A stretch of DNA of 64,000 bases from Neocallimastix sp. 'constans'. Lineage: Eukaryota. Every line of letters starts with the position of its first letter. The stretch's first letter is position 1. This document shows, in pieces, positions 1 through 26,223 of this stretch. The notes beneath the pieces are model-generated. The model was not told the origin of the DNA. It ran no database searches and saw only the letters and a list, made by a program, of their open reading frames with translations. The position numbers and the translations under genes were made by a program. The stretch spans positions 372,001 through 436,000 of the forward strand of contig JBODTK010000110.1 in assembly GCA_050613775.1 (NCBI GenBank), read 5' to 3'.

Positions 1-135
1 AAATATATATATTTTTTATAGTAATAACAATTTGTATTAAATAAATAATAAACAAATTAAATTAATAATATAAAAATCTATAATGTTTAATTGGTTAACA
101 TTAATATAATTAATTCGATATATTTTGGGCTTCAC

Positions 136-1068
136 TTAGAACATTGAACTTTGTAAAGTCATTTGTCTAACGATATCAGTGTCCTTAATCATATCCAAAA
201 ATTCATTATAACTCAATTTTCCATCTCCATCTTTATCAGCTTCCATAATAGTTTTGTCCACAATTTGTTGAAGTTGATCATCTCTTAAATTACTACCAAC
301 CATCATTTGTAAAACAATAAATAATTCACCATTTGAAATATATCCATCACGATCCATATCGTAAACTCTAAAGGCAACTTTAAATTGAAAATAATAATAA
401 TAATAATTATAATAATAAAATAATAATAATAAAAAAAAAGTATATACAAATAAATAATATAATATATGAAATATAAAACATATATTTTATAAATATTTTA
501 ACTTTTAATTACTTCATAATAATAATATAAGTATTATTATAAATAATTTTAATTTACACTTTAATTTTTCTTCTTCATTTCCCTTTTCACTAAAAGCTGA
601 TAAACCCTTAATAAATTCTACAAAATCTACATCACCACCACCATCTTCATCAAGTATATCAATTAAACGATGTGCTAATGGATTGGATGACAATTGTGGT
701 AGCATAAGAAATTCATTCTTATCAATAGAACCGTTTCCATCCTTATCAAGTTTACTAAAACGCTTATATATACGATGAATTTCTTCTGCAGTAACTATTT
801 TTTTTTATTTTATATTAACACAATAATATTTTATTTATTTTATTAATTGAATTTATAAAAAAAAATAAAATTTTTAGTTTAAATTTAGATTTGTCTTTTT
901 TAATAAAATTTTTAAAAATTCTATTCAATTATTTGATTATTTCCTGTATTTACAAATTACTTATTCATTAAAAAAGATATTATTAAATAAAATATTAAAT
1001 TATTAAGATTAATAATTACAATTAGTATTTTTTTCTAAATCTTCTAAAAGTGATTGATTTTGACCCAT
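136..1068 (-). CDS. CNB1: Calcineurin regulatory subunit B (4 EF-hands), 3 exons
   Basis: Exons 1068-1020, 794-558 and 377-136 join via GT-AG introns into [77 protein letters not shown]...[34 protein letters not shown]...[13 protein letters not shown]. It has an N-myristoylation motif (MGxxxS) and the classic CnB sequence. Confidence 0.96.
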
Positions 1069-2651
1069 ATTAAATCAGTTTTATTTTTGTTTAAAATTTT
1101 GTTTTAATTATTTTTTTATATTTTTATGACTTATTATTATTATTATTTTTTTTTTATTTTTTTTCTAAAAAATTTAAATTAAAAAAAATATATATATATA
1201 TTTTAATATATATTATTGCTTTTATATATAAATGAATGTAAATTTTCCAATTTAAATTTTATCCAAATTATTATTTTTCAAATTACGTTTTGCTGTATAT
1301 ACATTTATAATTTTCTTTCTTTTATTATATATTTATAAAATTTTTATTTATCAATTCATTTAATTTTTTTATTAATTTATTTATTTAGTATATACTAAAT
1401 CCTAAAAATTTAATATAATTTATTTTTAATGGGAATAATGGAAAAAATCCATTCTTTAAGCCATATAGGTATTTTAAAAAATTTTTGTTAATATATATAC
1501 TAAATAAAATTTAAAAAATACTAGTCATAAAAAAAAAAATAAAAAAAATAAAAAAAATTAATATTATCAATAAAGCGAAATTTAGATATTTCACATTTGG
1601 CTTCCAAAGATTCTTCAGATTATAGACATATATTATAGTCTTTTTGATAAAATTGTGGTGAAAAATAGAGAGCTTTAGAAAAATATATAAGAGAACAGTG
1701 TATAATAACCACAAGCAAAGCTAAGTTGATATGATATACTAAAATCTTTTATGTAAATGTCATTTTTGCCAAATGTGATAGGGAGACAACTACTGGGGAA
1801 CTTTCTTTTTTTTTTTTTTTTTATAAACACTTAAAATTTAAATAATATTGAAATTTAAAAATTTCTGTATTTTATTTTATAATAGGAAAAAGTAAAATTA
1901 TATCGAAATAAGAAAAGTTCAAAATATAATAGAGTCTTTTTTAACTTCAAATTATATTTATATTATTATTTAATAAAAAGAAAGCCAATTTAATAGATTT
2001 AGTTTTTTCTCTTTAATGCAATAATTTAATAAAAATGTATATATAAAATAATTTACTTTTTTTTTTTTTTTTTTTAACACTCAATAATAAAATAATATTT
2101 ATTCGTTTTTTTTTTATTTTATTTTATTTTATTTTTTAAACTCTCATTAATATAAATATAATTTATTTAAACATTATTTTTCTTCTATCTTGAATCTATT
2201 AATTAACCAACCATAAATTTTTAATTAATTTATACATATATTAATAAATTAAAATTTATAAAATATTTATTATCAGTTTAAATAATACACTAAACCATCA
2301 AAAAAAAAAAAAAAAAAAAAAATTATAGTATTATCCATATAATAGAATAAAAGTATAAAAAAAGTAAAAGTACAAATAAAAATGAAAAAAAAAATAATAA
2401 TGAAAATTTAATTAATTTTTCTTGTAATGTTATAAAAAAAAAATTTTTTTATAAAAAAAATATATATTTTAAGAAAATATTATTCACAATTATATTATAA
2501 TAATAAAAAAATATTTCAAACTTTTATGAATTTATATATTAAGAGATTTGATATCTCAATATATTTTTTAAATTTCATGATTTAATAAGAAAATTATAAA
2601 ACAATTAAATTAATACATATATTAGTTAAAATAATTCTTACTTTGAATATT

Positions 2652-11821
<9,170 letters not shown>

Positions 11822-12488
11822 TAATAAATAATCAAATCAAACAAAAAATTTTTCTTAAAATGAATAGATAATAATGAAAATAGAGAAAGCAATTTAAGAA
11901 AATTTTATAATTCAAAAAATAATTATAACCAAAAAAAAAAAAAAAAAAAAAATTAATTTTATACCTATAAAAAAAACACCATTATCATAAAAATTTTTTT
12001 AAAAAAAAATTATTATCAAAGTATTGATATACACAAATATTTCAATAACCTACCGTCTATTAAATTATTCACCTCTCTCCTCCCTCCCCCCCAAAAAAAA
12101 AAAGAAATAAAATAAAATAAAATAAAATAAAATAAAATAAAAAATAAAAAAAAAAATCTATTAATGAAATTACTATCATGGGATAGGTGAAATCTATCAA
12201 AAATCAAAACTTATAATTTCCCTAAATACATATGAAAATAAATTTTTAATTTTAAAATAATAAAAAACAAAAATAAATAAATAAATAAATAAATTAATAA
12301 AAATACTAATACTAATATTAATACTATTTCTAATATATATCAAATATCCTCTCCCCTTTCATTATTTTCAAAAAGTATTTCTTTTCACAAAAAAGAAAAG
12401 AAAAAAAGAAAAAAAAAATAATATCTACCTATGATCAATTTACCTTTCTATTAAAATCCCTCAGGAAAAAAATAGACCTTTAATATCG

Positions 12489-12551
<63 letters not shown>

Positions 12552-13767
12552 TACAATCTATATTCATAAATCATAACCATCATAGATGAACAAATAATTT
12601 TATTTATTTTTTATATATATAATATATTTTACCTACCTTTTATTTTTATTTTTATTATTACTTTATATCATTTTTGTTTATTTCTTTATTTACATTTGCC
12701 TTTATTTAGAATTATTTAAAATATAAAAAAAAAGATTTCAATTTTTTTTTTTTTTTCTATTAAATTTTTATTAAATATCTACTACAATTTAAATAATATA
12801 TTTTAAATATATTTATCAATTTTTTAATTAATTTATTTAATATAGAATTTATATATATATATTTATATTAAATTATTTTATTTTAGTTTTATTTTCATTT
12901 TCATTTTCATTTTCATTATTATTTTTTTATTCACTAATTAAACATTATATTTGTTTAAAATATTATATCATAACACACACACGAAAAAAAAAAAAAAAAA
13001 AATAAAAAAATAAAAAAAATAAAAAAAAAAATAAAAATAAAAAAAATTAAAAAAAAAAAAAAATAAAATAAAATAAATAAAACTATGATAATATTTATAT
13101 AAAAATAATAATAATAATAAATATAAAGACCCATTTCATTTTAATTTAAAAGAAATATATATATATTACATTTTATATATGTGTAGTATTAATCAAAAAA
13201 TACCTATATGATTTTATTTTATTTTATTTTATTTTTATTAATACTTTACTATTTTATACTACTTTACTATTTATTTTATTTTATTTTATTTTATTTTTAC
13301 ATTCTCGTTTATATATACAGTGGATGTCGTATTGTACAAAAAATGAACTTTTAATAAGTTCATTTTTTTGAATAATATATATATATTTTAAGTTAAAATA
13401 ATACAATAATAGTTTACACTATTGATATTAAAAATAAAAAATATAATTAAATTATAAATGATATTTACTTTCCAATTGAATTATAATTAAAGCTAAAAAT
13501 ATTAATAAACGAAAAAATAATCTAATATATAATGTTAGAGAAGAAATGACATTATTGTTAATATAATTATTATAATTAAAATAAAAATAAAAAATTAATA
13601 ATATATATAATTAAATAAATTAATAAATAATATAAATAAATAAATTTATATATATATATATAATATATTTTTTTTTTAATTATAAATTTATATATGTTTA
13701 TGTCATACATTATTTTTTGTTTATGAGAAAAAAATGTCAACGAAAAATCTTCCACAAAAAGTATAGA

Positions 13768-13890
13768 TTAAGTTTAAAAATTAATTTATTTAAAAATTCT
13801 TGCTCAGTAAAAAAATTAAAAATTATAAATTATAAAATAGTTTTTTTTTTTTTTAAAGGATTTATAAGTTAACACATATTTATAAAATTT

Positions 13891-13930
<40 letters not shown>

Positions 13931-14170
13931 TTTTTATATATTATTTTTTATTTTTTTTTTTATAACTAGTATTTTATTTTATATTATTTTATTTTATTTT
14001 TTTTTTTTTTGGTATTTTTATTATTTCTTTTTATATATTTTAATCATTTATTAAGTTTAAAAATTAATTTATTTAAAATTTTTTGCGCAGTAAAAAGATT
14101 AAAATAAAAAAAAAAAAAAAAAACTATTTTAAAAGTTAACACATATTTATAAATTTTCAAAAAAAAAAAT
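13768..14170. repeat. Degenerate ~280-bp tandem duplication in intergenic DNA
   Basis: TTAAGTTTAAAAATTAATTTATTTAAAA...TTGC(T/G)CAGTAAAAA occurs at ~13768 and ~14051. AAGTTAACACATATTTATAAA occurs at ~13866 and ~14133. Confidence 0.75.
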
Positions 14171-14378
14171 TTTATATATTATTTTTTATTATTTTATTTT
14201 ATAATTATTATTATTATTATTATTTTTAGGCTTTTTTATTATTTTTTTATAAATAATTTAATCATTTCTTTATAAATATTTTAATCATTTCTTCATAATT
14301 ATTTTAATCATTTCTTTATAAATATTATAATTATCTATAAATATTTAAATTATTCATTTAATTATACTTTTTTTTTTC

Positions 14379-14418
<40 letters not shown>

Positions 14419-14582
14419 TTATTTTATTTTAAATATTCTAACAATTTTATTTTTATTTCTAATATTATTATTGATGTTTATATATATACAAGGAATAAAA
14501 GATTTCTATTGAATTTTATTTTTATTGTATTTATTCTATAATAATAATAATTATCATTATAAATTATTATTATATTTTACCT

Positions 14583-15081
14583 TCAATACACTAAATTAAC
14601 TAGTTTATATCTTATAAAGAATGCTAATAAACTTGATAATACTTGAACGATAACCATCATTACTGCAAGGTTTCTTTCATATCTTGGACCGAATCTTACT
14701 AAGAATAGATTTAATAAAGTTAAATTATTAACAGATTTCATTTCCTTTGTTTCTTTATCATATTCAATATCTGCTAATTTTAAAATTTCAAAGATTTTCA
14801 ATATTATTTTTCCATATTTAGTTAATGCACCAGGTAAAGTTAAATCGGCTCTACTTGGATATAATTTTTTATCTTCCTCATTAAAACTGATATATTATTT
14901 TATACGTTCAATATAATAATTAATATATATTATAATATATTTGTAATGCATAAATATAAATGAATAAAAAAAAATATTTTAATAAAAATAATAATAAAAA
15001 AATATATATATATATATATACATTAATTAATATATAATGATATTGTAATATTATAAAAAATATTAAAAATTAATATAAAAA

Positions 15082-15113
<32 letters not shown>

Positions 15114-15855
15114 AAATAATAATAATAATAATAATAAATAAATAAATAAATAAATAAAAATAAAATAAAATAAAATTTACCTTGGTAATCGATGTCTTGG
15201 ACATTCAACCAATTTGAATATTTGTGGTACTGAATATAAAAAGTTAAATATTTGTGGTATGAAAAATAGTAAAAGTGTTTTACTAAAATGACCTAAGATA
15301 CCAACAACGGCAAATGTCATTCCTGCAAAATAACAGAATGAATCACCAACAAATACTTGAGCAGGATACCTAAATATATAAATTTCATTAAATACGTATT
15401 TAATTAATAAATAATTACGTATTTATATATTTAATATTATAAAAATTTTTATAACAATAATAATAATAAATAATGATATATAACAATGATAATAATAAAT
15501 AATGATATATAATTAAATTAATAAATAAAAAAATCTTTAATATAAAAATAATTATACATACCAATTATACCATAATAACGGTATAGATACACCTACAAAT
15601 GGTATTAAAAAGAATAATGAAAATGTATGTGCTTCAACTGCAGGTTGAGCACCTGTTAATATGAAATGAATATCATTAATGATTAAAGATAAAGCGATGA
15701 CAATAGATTGACTGACTTCGAGTCCATTTATACCAGCAAGAATATTAATTGCATTGGTACAAAATACAGCAACCATTCCCATATATATATAATACAATGG
15801 TCCTATTTATTTATTAATTAATTAATCAATTATTTATTTATTTATTTGTAAATTA

Positions 15856-15886
<31 letters not shown>

Positions 15887-16006
15887 TTGAGTAATTATAA
15901 ATCAAATAAATGAAAATATAGATTTAATTATTAATAATTAAATAAAATTAATAATTATTGAGTTTAAGAAAGTAAAAAAAAAATAAATAATTTAATAAAT
16001 ATGTAT

Positions 16007-16040
<34 letters not shown>

Positions 16041-16777
16041 AAAAATTTACCTAATTCTATTATTCTTCCAAATATTGGTCTTAACGGTATTGGAACGACA
16101 ATAGTTGTAACACCATAACTAACAATATAAACCATTAATAATGGAAGACTTGCAATAGTTGGAAATAAAATCTTTTGCCTCCATCTCAAGTTTAAAACAT
16201 CATCAATTAACCCAAGGAAAAGCATTGATACAATTGACATAATACCTGCAATAAATTCTTCGAACTTTTAAATAATTAAATAAAAATTGATGTTTTTATT
16301 TATTAATTAATTAAATAAATAAATTCATATATAGATAAATAGACAAATTGATAGATAAATAAATTAATTAATAAATAAATAAATAAATAAATAGAAAAAT
16401 AAATAATATTAGTAATGAATATTGAATAATGAATAATGAATAAAAAATAACGAATAATAATATATATTTATGATATTATTAATACTGTAATTCTTTTGCA
16501 ATATTAATATTTGTTATTATAAAATAAAATCATATTGATTATCAATAATTACTTTATGATGTGGAAATTCTTCTTCATTTAATTTACTTCCTTTTTCATT
16601 TAAGAACCATTTCAAAAATGGGAATGGAATTAAGAGACAAAGACAAACAATATATGACATACCAGAAATAATTCCTGTTGCTTCTGGTCTATTAAATATA
16701 TATATATATATATGGTATTTATATAAATAAAATATTGTTTATAAAAATAGGTAGATTTATTTTTTAGTTTATATAAA

Positions 16778-16873
<96 letters not shown>

Positions 16874-17212
16874 TGTTATTTTAATATATTATCAATATAT
16901 TATTTTATTTCTTTTATCAATACATCAATATAGTGCTTTTCATTACTTATATCAATGTAATAACAATACATAATATAATAAAAAAAAAAAAAAAAAAAAA
17001 AAAACATACAAAATTCGTTTATCTGCTTTATGTAAATCATTGCCAAATAAATGTGCTTTTACAAGTTGAGATTTAAATGATGGGATAAGTTTATGAGTTG
17101 CATAACCAGCTAAAACGGAAGCCAATATACATATATATAATGGTTCTTTTAAAATTGTTAAAGTTGAAATGCCAAAAAGTATAACAAGAAATACCCAAGT
17201 TGGAAAAATCAT
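14583..17212 (-). CDS. ALG7: UDP-GlcNAc:dolichyl-phosphate GlcNAc-1-phosphotransferase (GPT/DPAGT1), ~6 exons
   Basis: Motifs [122 protein letters not shown] and NNLTLLNL. The likely start is MIFPTW at 17212; an upstream in-frame ATG lies at 17332. Confidence 0.95.
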
Positions 17213-17825
17213 TTTATTAAGTAATGCTAATTTATTTTTATAATTTAATGAATTTAATTGTTTTTGTATAATATAAAGAAAATTATTTCGTTGTTTTTCT
17301 GTAATTTCAAGTATGTAGCTTAGGACTTCCATTTAAATATATATAAATAATAAACAAAATTTTTTTCTAATTATATAAATAAAACTATAATATTAAGATT
17401 TTTTAATATATCCTTGAAAAGAATTTTGAAATCTTTTAAATATTTATAATTTAATTTATAATATATTTTAAATTTTTTTTTGTTATTATTTATTTTTTAT
17501 TTTTATTTTTATTTTTTAATAATTAATGCTTTCTTTCTCTCTATTTGCCTTATATAATTTTTTTATTTTTTTTAAATGTTTTGTTTTATATTATTTTGTT
17601 TAGTAAAGTCTTATTAAAAATACTATATTTTATATGTTTTTATTTTAAATAAATTTATAATATATTTTTAATAATTATTATTCATAGTTATTAAAAATTT
17701 TCAATATATCTTTATTTGATTAATTTTGATTTTATTTTATTTTTATTAAATTTACTTGTAATTTTTGCATTTATTATTATTTAATTTTGTGATTTTTATC
17801 ATTCGTTTGCTTTTTAAAAGTACAA

Positions 17826-17868
<43 letters not shown>

Positions 17869-17959
17869 AATATTTTTAAACCTTAACTTTTATATTTCTG
17901 GTGAACTATTTTGTTTTAATTATATTTAATAATTATTATTCAATATTTATTTATTATTC

Positions 17960-17995
<36 letters not shown>

Positions 17996-18387
17996 TTAAT
18001 TAATTATATTATAAATAAATAAATAATATATAAATAATTAATGAATAAATAAATAATAAGTAAATAAATTATTAATTTATAGATTAATAATTGTATATAA
18101 AATAATCCACAAATAAAATATATACAGCAAAAAAAATTTGTAAATTTTTTATATATATATAATAATATAATTTTTTTTTATATTTTTATTATTTTTTTTT
18201 AATATTTGATTTCTTAATAATGTCAATTTATTTAATTTATTATTTCACATAAATTGATTTATGCTTTAAATATATATACATATCTTTATTAATTATATAT
18301 ATATTTAAATCTTAAGATTAAAATATAATTTATTATTATAATTATGATTAAAAATTATAAAAAAAGATTGTAAATAATAATATAATA

Positions 18388-18418
<31 letters not shown>

Positions 18419-19191
18419 TAATATATAATAATATAATATATAATAATAAATAGTAAATAATAAAAAAAAAAAAAAATAACTGAATATTATATAAATAATA
18501 AAAAATTTATAATAAAATTGTTTTTATGAGAATATTTTATTTTAATATTTAGTTCTTCTTAAAATTATTATTTTAATTTTAAATTTCCTTTACAATTAAT
18601 TATTAATAATAATTATATTTCTATGAATTTTTAAAGTTTTTTTTTTTTTTAAATTAATTTTTTAATTTTTTGTTGTTTTTTTATTTTTTAGACTTTTGTT
18701 ATTTTATTGTTTTTTTTGTTTTTTAATTATAATAAATTTAATTTTTTTTAATTAATTTTAAAAAATTTTATTCAAATTTAATTATGAACTAAAAAGTAAA
18801 AAATCTTAAAATGAAATTATTATTATCTTTACTATTATTTATTATGATTATAACTATTAATTATTAATAATCAATAAATATTTTATATATCAATTTTTTG
18901 TATATATAATCCAAAAATAAAATAGAATAGAATAGAATTAAATAAAAAAAAAATAAAATAAAATAAAATAAAAATAAAATAATAAAATTTAATTTAATTT
19001 AAATCATTAAGATCTTTAATAAAAAAAATATTAAAAAAAAATTGCTACTGTTAATTTTAAAGTTTTTTTTTTTTTTATCTTTAAAATTATAACTTCTATT
19101 TGTAGTTACTGTTTTTTAAAAAATATATATATATATATATATCAAATAAAATATTAAAGAAATAAATATTAATATCTTTGAATTATAGACT

Positions 19192-19239
<48 letters not shown>

Positions 19240-19511
19240 ATTGATAATTATCGAAAATTTTATTATTTACATAAGAAAATAAAATAAATATTAAAGTGAA
19301 AATATAAAACATAAAATAAACTTTAATATTGAGAATAAATATATTAAAATAATAAAAAACAAAAAAAAAAAAAAAAAAAAAAAAAAACAATAAAAAAATT
19401 TTTAGTAATAAATATATTCTCCAATAGAAGGAATTATATAGAAGTATCACTTTTTATATAAAAAAAATAAACTTTTAGTATTTCTGATAATTGAATTAAA
19501 TAAAATATTAA

Positions 19512-22075
<2,564 letters not shown>

Positions 22076-22523
22076 GACCAAAATATATAAACTAAAATTT
22101 TTGATTAAAATATACTTGTATTTAATTTTTTTTTAAAAAAAAAAAAAAAGTTTTCTTTTATCGTTAAGAATATATATATCTCTTTATATCAATTATTTTT
22201 ATTTTTATTTCCATTTTTATTGTTTTTTTTTTAATATACATATATATATCTATATCTTTATATATAAATTTCAAGTCTTAATTAAAAATAAATATGAAGT
22301 ATTAAAGTTTTTTTTTTAAAAAACAAATAAATAAAAGAAAAAACTGTTTTATGATTTATTATTTATTACATTAAAAAAATGAAATTTTTAAAACTTTATT
22401 TATCAGTTGTTTTAATTATTATTATTCTATAATATTAATAAATATTCATTTTACGCTTTTTTCATAGATTATATAACACAATATATAAAAAATAAAAAGA
22501 TTTAGTTTTATTTTAAATAATAC

Positions 22524-22576
<53 letters not shown>

Positions 22577-23098
22577 TGATATATATTATAAACTTTATCT
22601 TTTTTATGTTTATTATTATAAAGTATATAAATGTATATATATATATAATAATAATTATAACCATTTTATTTATATACTGAATTAGATAAATATAACTTTT
22701 ATGAAACGGTAGAGACCCGTATTTATTATACTTATTAAATTAAATTATGTAATTTTTGTTTTTAATAAAAACAATGATATAAAATGTGACATGTATATAT
22801 ATGTATATGTATATGTAATAATGTCTTCTGATTAATCATTAGAAATAAAAATAAAAAAATAAAAATAAAAAAAAAAAGCATATTAATATACATAATATAT
22901 TAATATTTTTAATTTGCTATTTATATCTTTATTATATTATATATATATATATTAATTTATTTATTTATTTATTCTATTGAATAAAAAATAAAATATAAAT
23001 TACTGAGTATATTTTGACTATCCTGCGATAAAATAAAGTTTAATAATATTAAATAACTTTATTTTTTATATATTTATATAGTGAAAATGAAAATTAGC

Positions 23099-23134
<36 letters not shown>

Positions 23135-23380
23135 TTTAATGATTAATCATGTTTAATAAAACATTGAATATATATATTATAAAATTTTAAAATGAATTAA
23201 TAATACGATGTTATAATATTGTATTAAATTTTTATGAAAAAGAAAAAATATTTATATATCATAATATTTTTATAACTAGACAAGAAATAAATTTCTAAAT
23301 AATAACGTTTTCGATTTTTCACTTTAAATGAAATAAATCATAAAAAAAAAATTCTTTTTTTTTTTAAGAATTTTCATATT

Positions 23381-24750
23381 CTAAACAATCATTGAACTAA
23401 TAGATGATCTCATAGTATCTTCTTGTAATGTTGAAGAAAATGATCCAATTTCCACAGATGACATAGATAATGATTTTGAAAGTCTTGGTGATGGAACATA
23501 TACTGAATTAGCTGACATTTCTTGAGCATTAACTTCAAGTTGAATATCTGACATTTTTCTAATTTTTAAAACAGAAACAAACATTCCACTTGTTAATAAA
23601 AATGCTGAAGATAAACCTACTGTTAATTGAATACCATTTATATTTTTATCTTCGTCTTTTTCATCATTATCTTCAGGCTTATTCTCAGGTTTATCCTCAT
23701 TCTTATCCTTATTATTATTAGAAGTAGTAGTAGCAGTAGTAGAATTATTTACTTCATTTGATTTTTTACCCTCAGCATTATTATTGTTTTGATCAGTACC
23801 ACCATCCTTAGTTTGGTCATTTTTCGTTGAATTATGATCATTTCCTTCACTGTTGTTACCATTATTGTTATTTTTAGTACCATTTTTGGATTGACGATCT
23901 TTATCATTTGTAGTTTGATTTGATAATTTTTCTAATTTATCTTCAGAGGCATTTTGTTCTTCCTTATTATTTTTGTTATTTTTATCATCAGTAGTGTCGT
24001 ATTCTTTTATTATTCAATAATAATTATTAAATAAGATAGTGTAACAATTTATATAAAACATAATTTGTTAATATTTATATTAATATTAAAAATTATAAAT
24101 AGTAATAATAATAATGGCAATAACAAAAACAATTACATTAACAATAATTATTGTTAAAAATGGAGAAAAAAAAAAAAAAAAAAATACCTGTTGATTTATT
24201 ATTTTCATTATCATTTTTTGGCTTTACTGACGTTGATTTATCATCAATTTTATTTTTCTTATTTTCATCATTATCGTCTGTATCATATTGATTATCTATA
24301 TCATTAAATATTGGATCATTTTCATCCTCACTTGAAATTTCACTTTTTTCTTGTTCTGAGGATATGTCTAAATCATCATCATCATCATCATTATCAAAAA
24401 AGAATCTTTTTTGCTTTACAAATTTATCACATTTCAAAGTTAATTCTCCTTCAATATTTATGTTTGCAAGAACTGTTTTTCCAACATTTATAGGTATATC
24501 TGACTTTATTAATTCATCATTTTGATAAATAGAGAAAACTTCACATTTTCTTTTTTTATTAAAACTATTTTTTTTCCAATCAATTATAATTGAATTTACT
24601 ATTTAATATTCAGAATATAATTTATTCAGAATATAATTTATATAATAAATAAATTGTATAATTATTTAATATAATATAATTTGAAAAATAAATAAAAATG
24701 TATAATTAGTATTACTTAATAAATATTATAAAATTTATAATATCAAAAAT

Positions 24751-24788
<38 letters not shown>

Positions 24789-25015
24789 TTTACTATTAGT
24801 ATCATTATCCCAATATTTATCCTCAAAAGAATAAACTATAATAATTATTTAAAATTGATTTAAAAGAATGTTAATAATATGGTATAATTTTATTTATACA
24901 AATATATTGAAATACTGAAGATTTAAATTTTATATTTAAAAGTGTTTTAATTTAATAACTTACCATTCATAAATATCATACACATACATATTAAAAATAA
25001 TGATATAAACTTCAT
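23381..25015 (-). CDS. Uncharacterised single-pass type-I membrane protein (signal peptide, small globular domain, N/D/K-rich stalk, TM helix, Ser-rich tail), 4 exons
   Basis: Exons ~25015-24964, ~24835-24794, ~24598-24188 and ~24003-23381 give MKFISLFLICMCMIFMNVYSFEDKYWDND...KCEVFSIYQ...LTLKCDKFVKQKRFFF...(stalk)...INGIQLTVGLSSAFLLTSGMFVSVLKIRK...SSISSMIV*. Confidence 0.7.
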
Positions 25016-26186
25016 TTTTTTTCTTTTTTTTCTTTTTTTCTTTTTATTTCTTTGTATCTTGCTTATTAAATATTATTTTCAAGGAGTTTTAAAAAGTAAC
25101 TTTAAATATAATTTACTTCGCTGAAAGAAAAATTTTTAAATAAATTAATTAATATAATAATATAAAACTTTAATTATCCTCTATTATCAGATAACAAATC
25201 TGATATTTTTTTTTTATTAAAATTAAAATAATAAACAATCCTATTTTAATTTTCTTTTTTTTTTTTTTATTTTTTTTTTACCAAAATTTATTTTCTTATA
25301 AATAATAAAGAACTTTTTGTATTAATTTTTTAAAAATATAATTTTAGATATTATTTATGATTATATTTATTGAAAAATTTATAGTTTAAATCTCTTCTTA
25401 TAAACAATCAATAATAACATTTTTTCTTTTTTTCCTCATTGAAAAAAGGATAATTATATAATTCCTTTAAAGTTTTTTTTTATTTTTAAAGAAATTTGAT
25501 TAATTATAAAATATCAAATATTCAATATTTGATATTCTTATTTAATTCCTTTTCTTTTTTTATATAAATAACATAAAATATAAATATAAAAGAAAAGAAA
25601 AAGAATATTTCTTAATTTCTTTCTTATTTTCTCTTCTATCGTTTATTTCTAATTTTTACTTTTATATATTAATATTATTTATTTTTTCTTTTTTCTTCAA
25701 AGAGAAAATTAATAATTAATTCCAATTTTTTTTTTTTTTTTTTTTTTTAAAAAAAAAAGAAATAATATTTTTATCAAATAAAATTTCATTTTTTTAATAT
25801 ATTTATTAGTTGATAATTTATATAATTTCAATATATTATCATTGTAATCTGATAAAACAATAACTTGATGTAATATATTTTATTTCCTTTTTTGTATATA
25901 AAAGGTTGTTTTTTAGTAATTTATAATGTACAAAAAAAAATTTAAAAAAATTAAAATTTTTAAATTAAAATAAAATAAAATATTAAATAGAAGTTACAAT
26001 ACCAAATTCAATATACTTAATATATATATCAATATATTATATTTATATCCATCCATATATAAATAATTAAAGATAATAATATTATAAAATTTTATTTAAT
26101 ATAAAAAAAAATTATTTATTATTTATTTATTTATTTATTATTTATTTATTTATTTATTTATTTATTATTTATTTATTTAATTATTT

Positions 26187-26223
<37 letters not shown>

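Noticed and set aside
1777..1805. Resemblance of GATAGGGAGACAACTACTGGGGAAC to the 5S rRNA box C region, and of its reverse complement GAAAGTTCCCC to RNase MRP CR-I
   Set aside because: The rest of 5S is absent. No partner CR-V or P1-P3 region exists for MRP, since the upstream sequence on that strand is poly-A. It is kept only as an unidentified structured element.
12040..12480. C-rich patches (CCTCTCTCCTCCCTCCCCCC, CCTCTCCCC) downstream of the SNF2 gene
   Set aside because: There is no ORF, no four-tract G-quadruplex pattern and no clear structure. They are likely low-complexity 3' UTR or intergenic sequence.
17213..17332. 40-codon N-terminal extension of ALG7 from the upstream ATG
   Set aside because: The composition is UTR-like, and the 17212 ATG has the A-rich context (AAAATG) seen at most other starts here. 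This is unresolved without transcript data.
25185..25536. Short palindromes TATCAGAT..ATCTGATA and ATATCAAATAT..ATATTTGATAT upstream of the membrane-protein gene
   Set aside because: AT-rich arms of 8-11 bp are plausible by chance at this composition.
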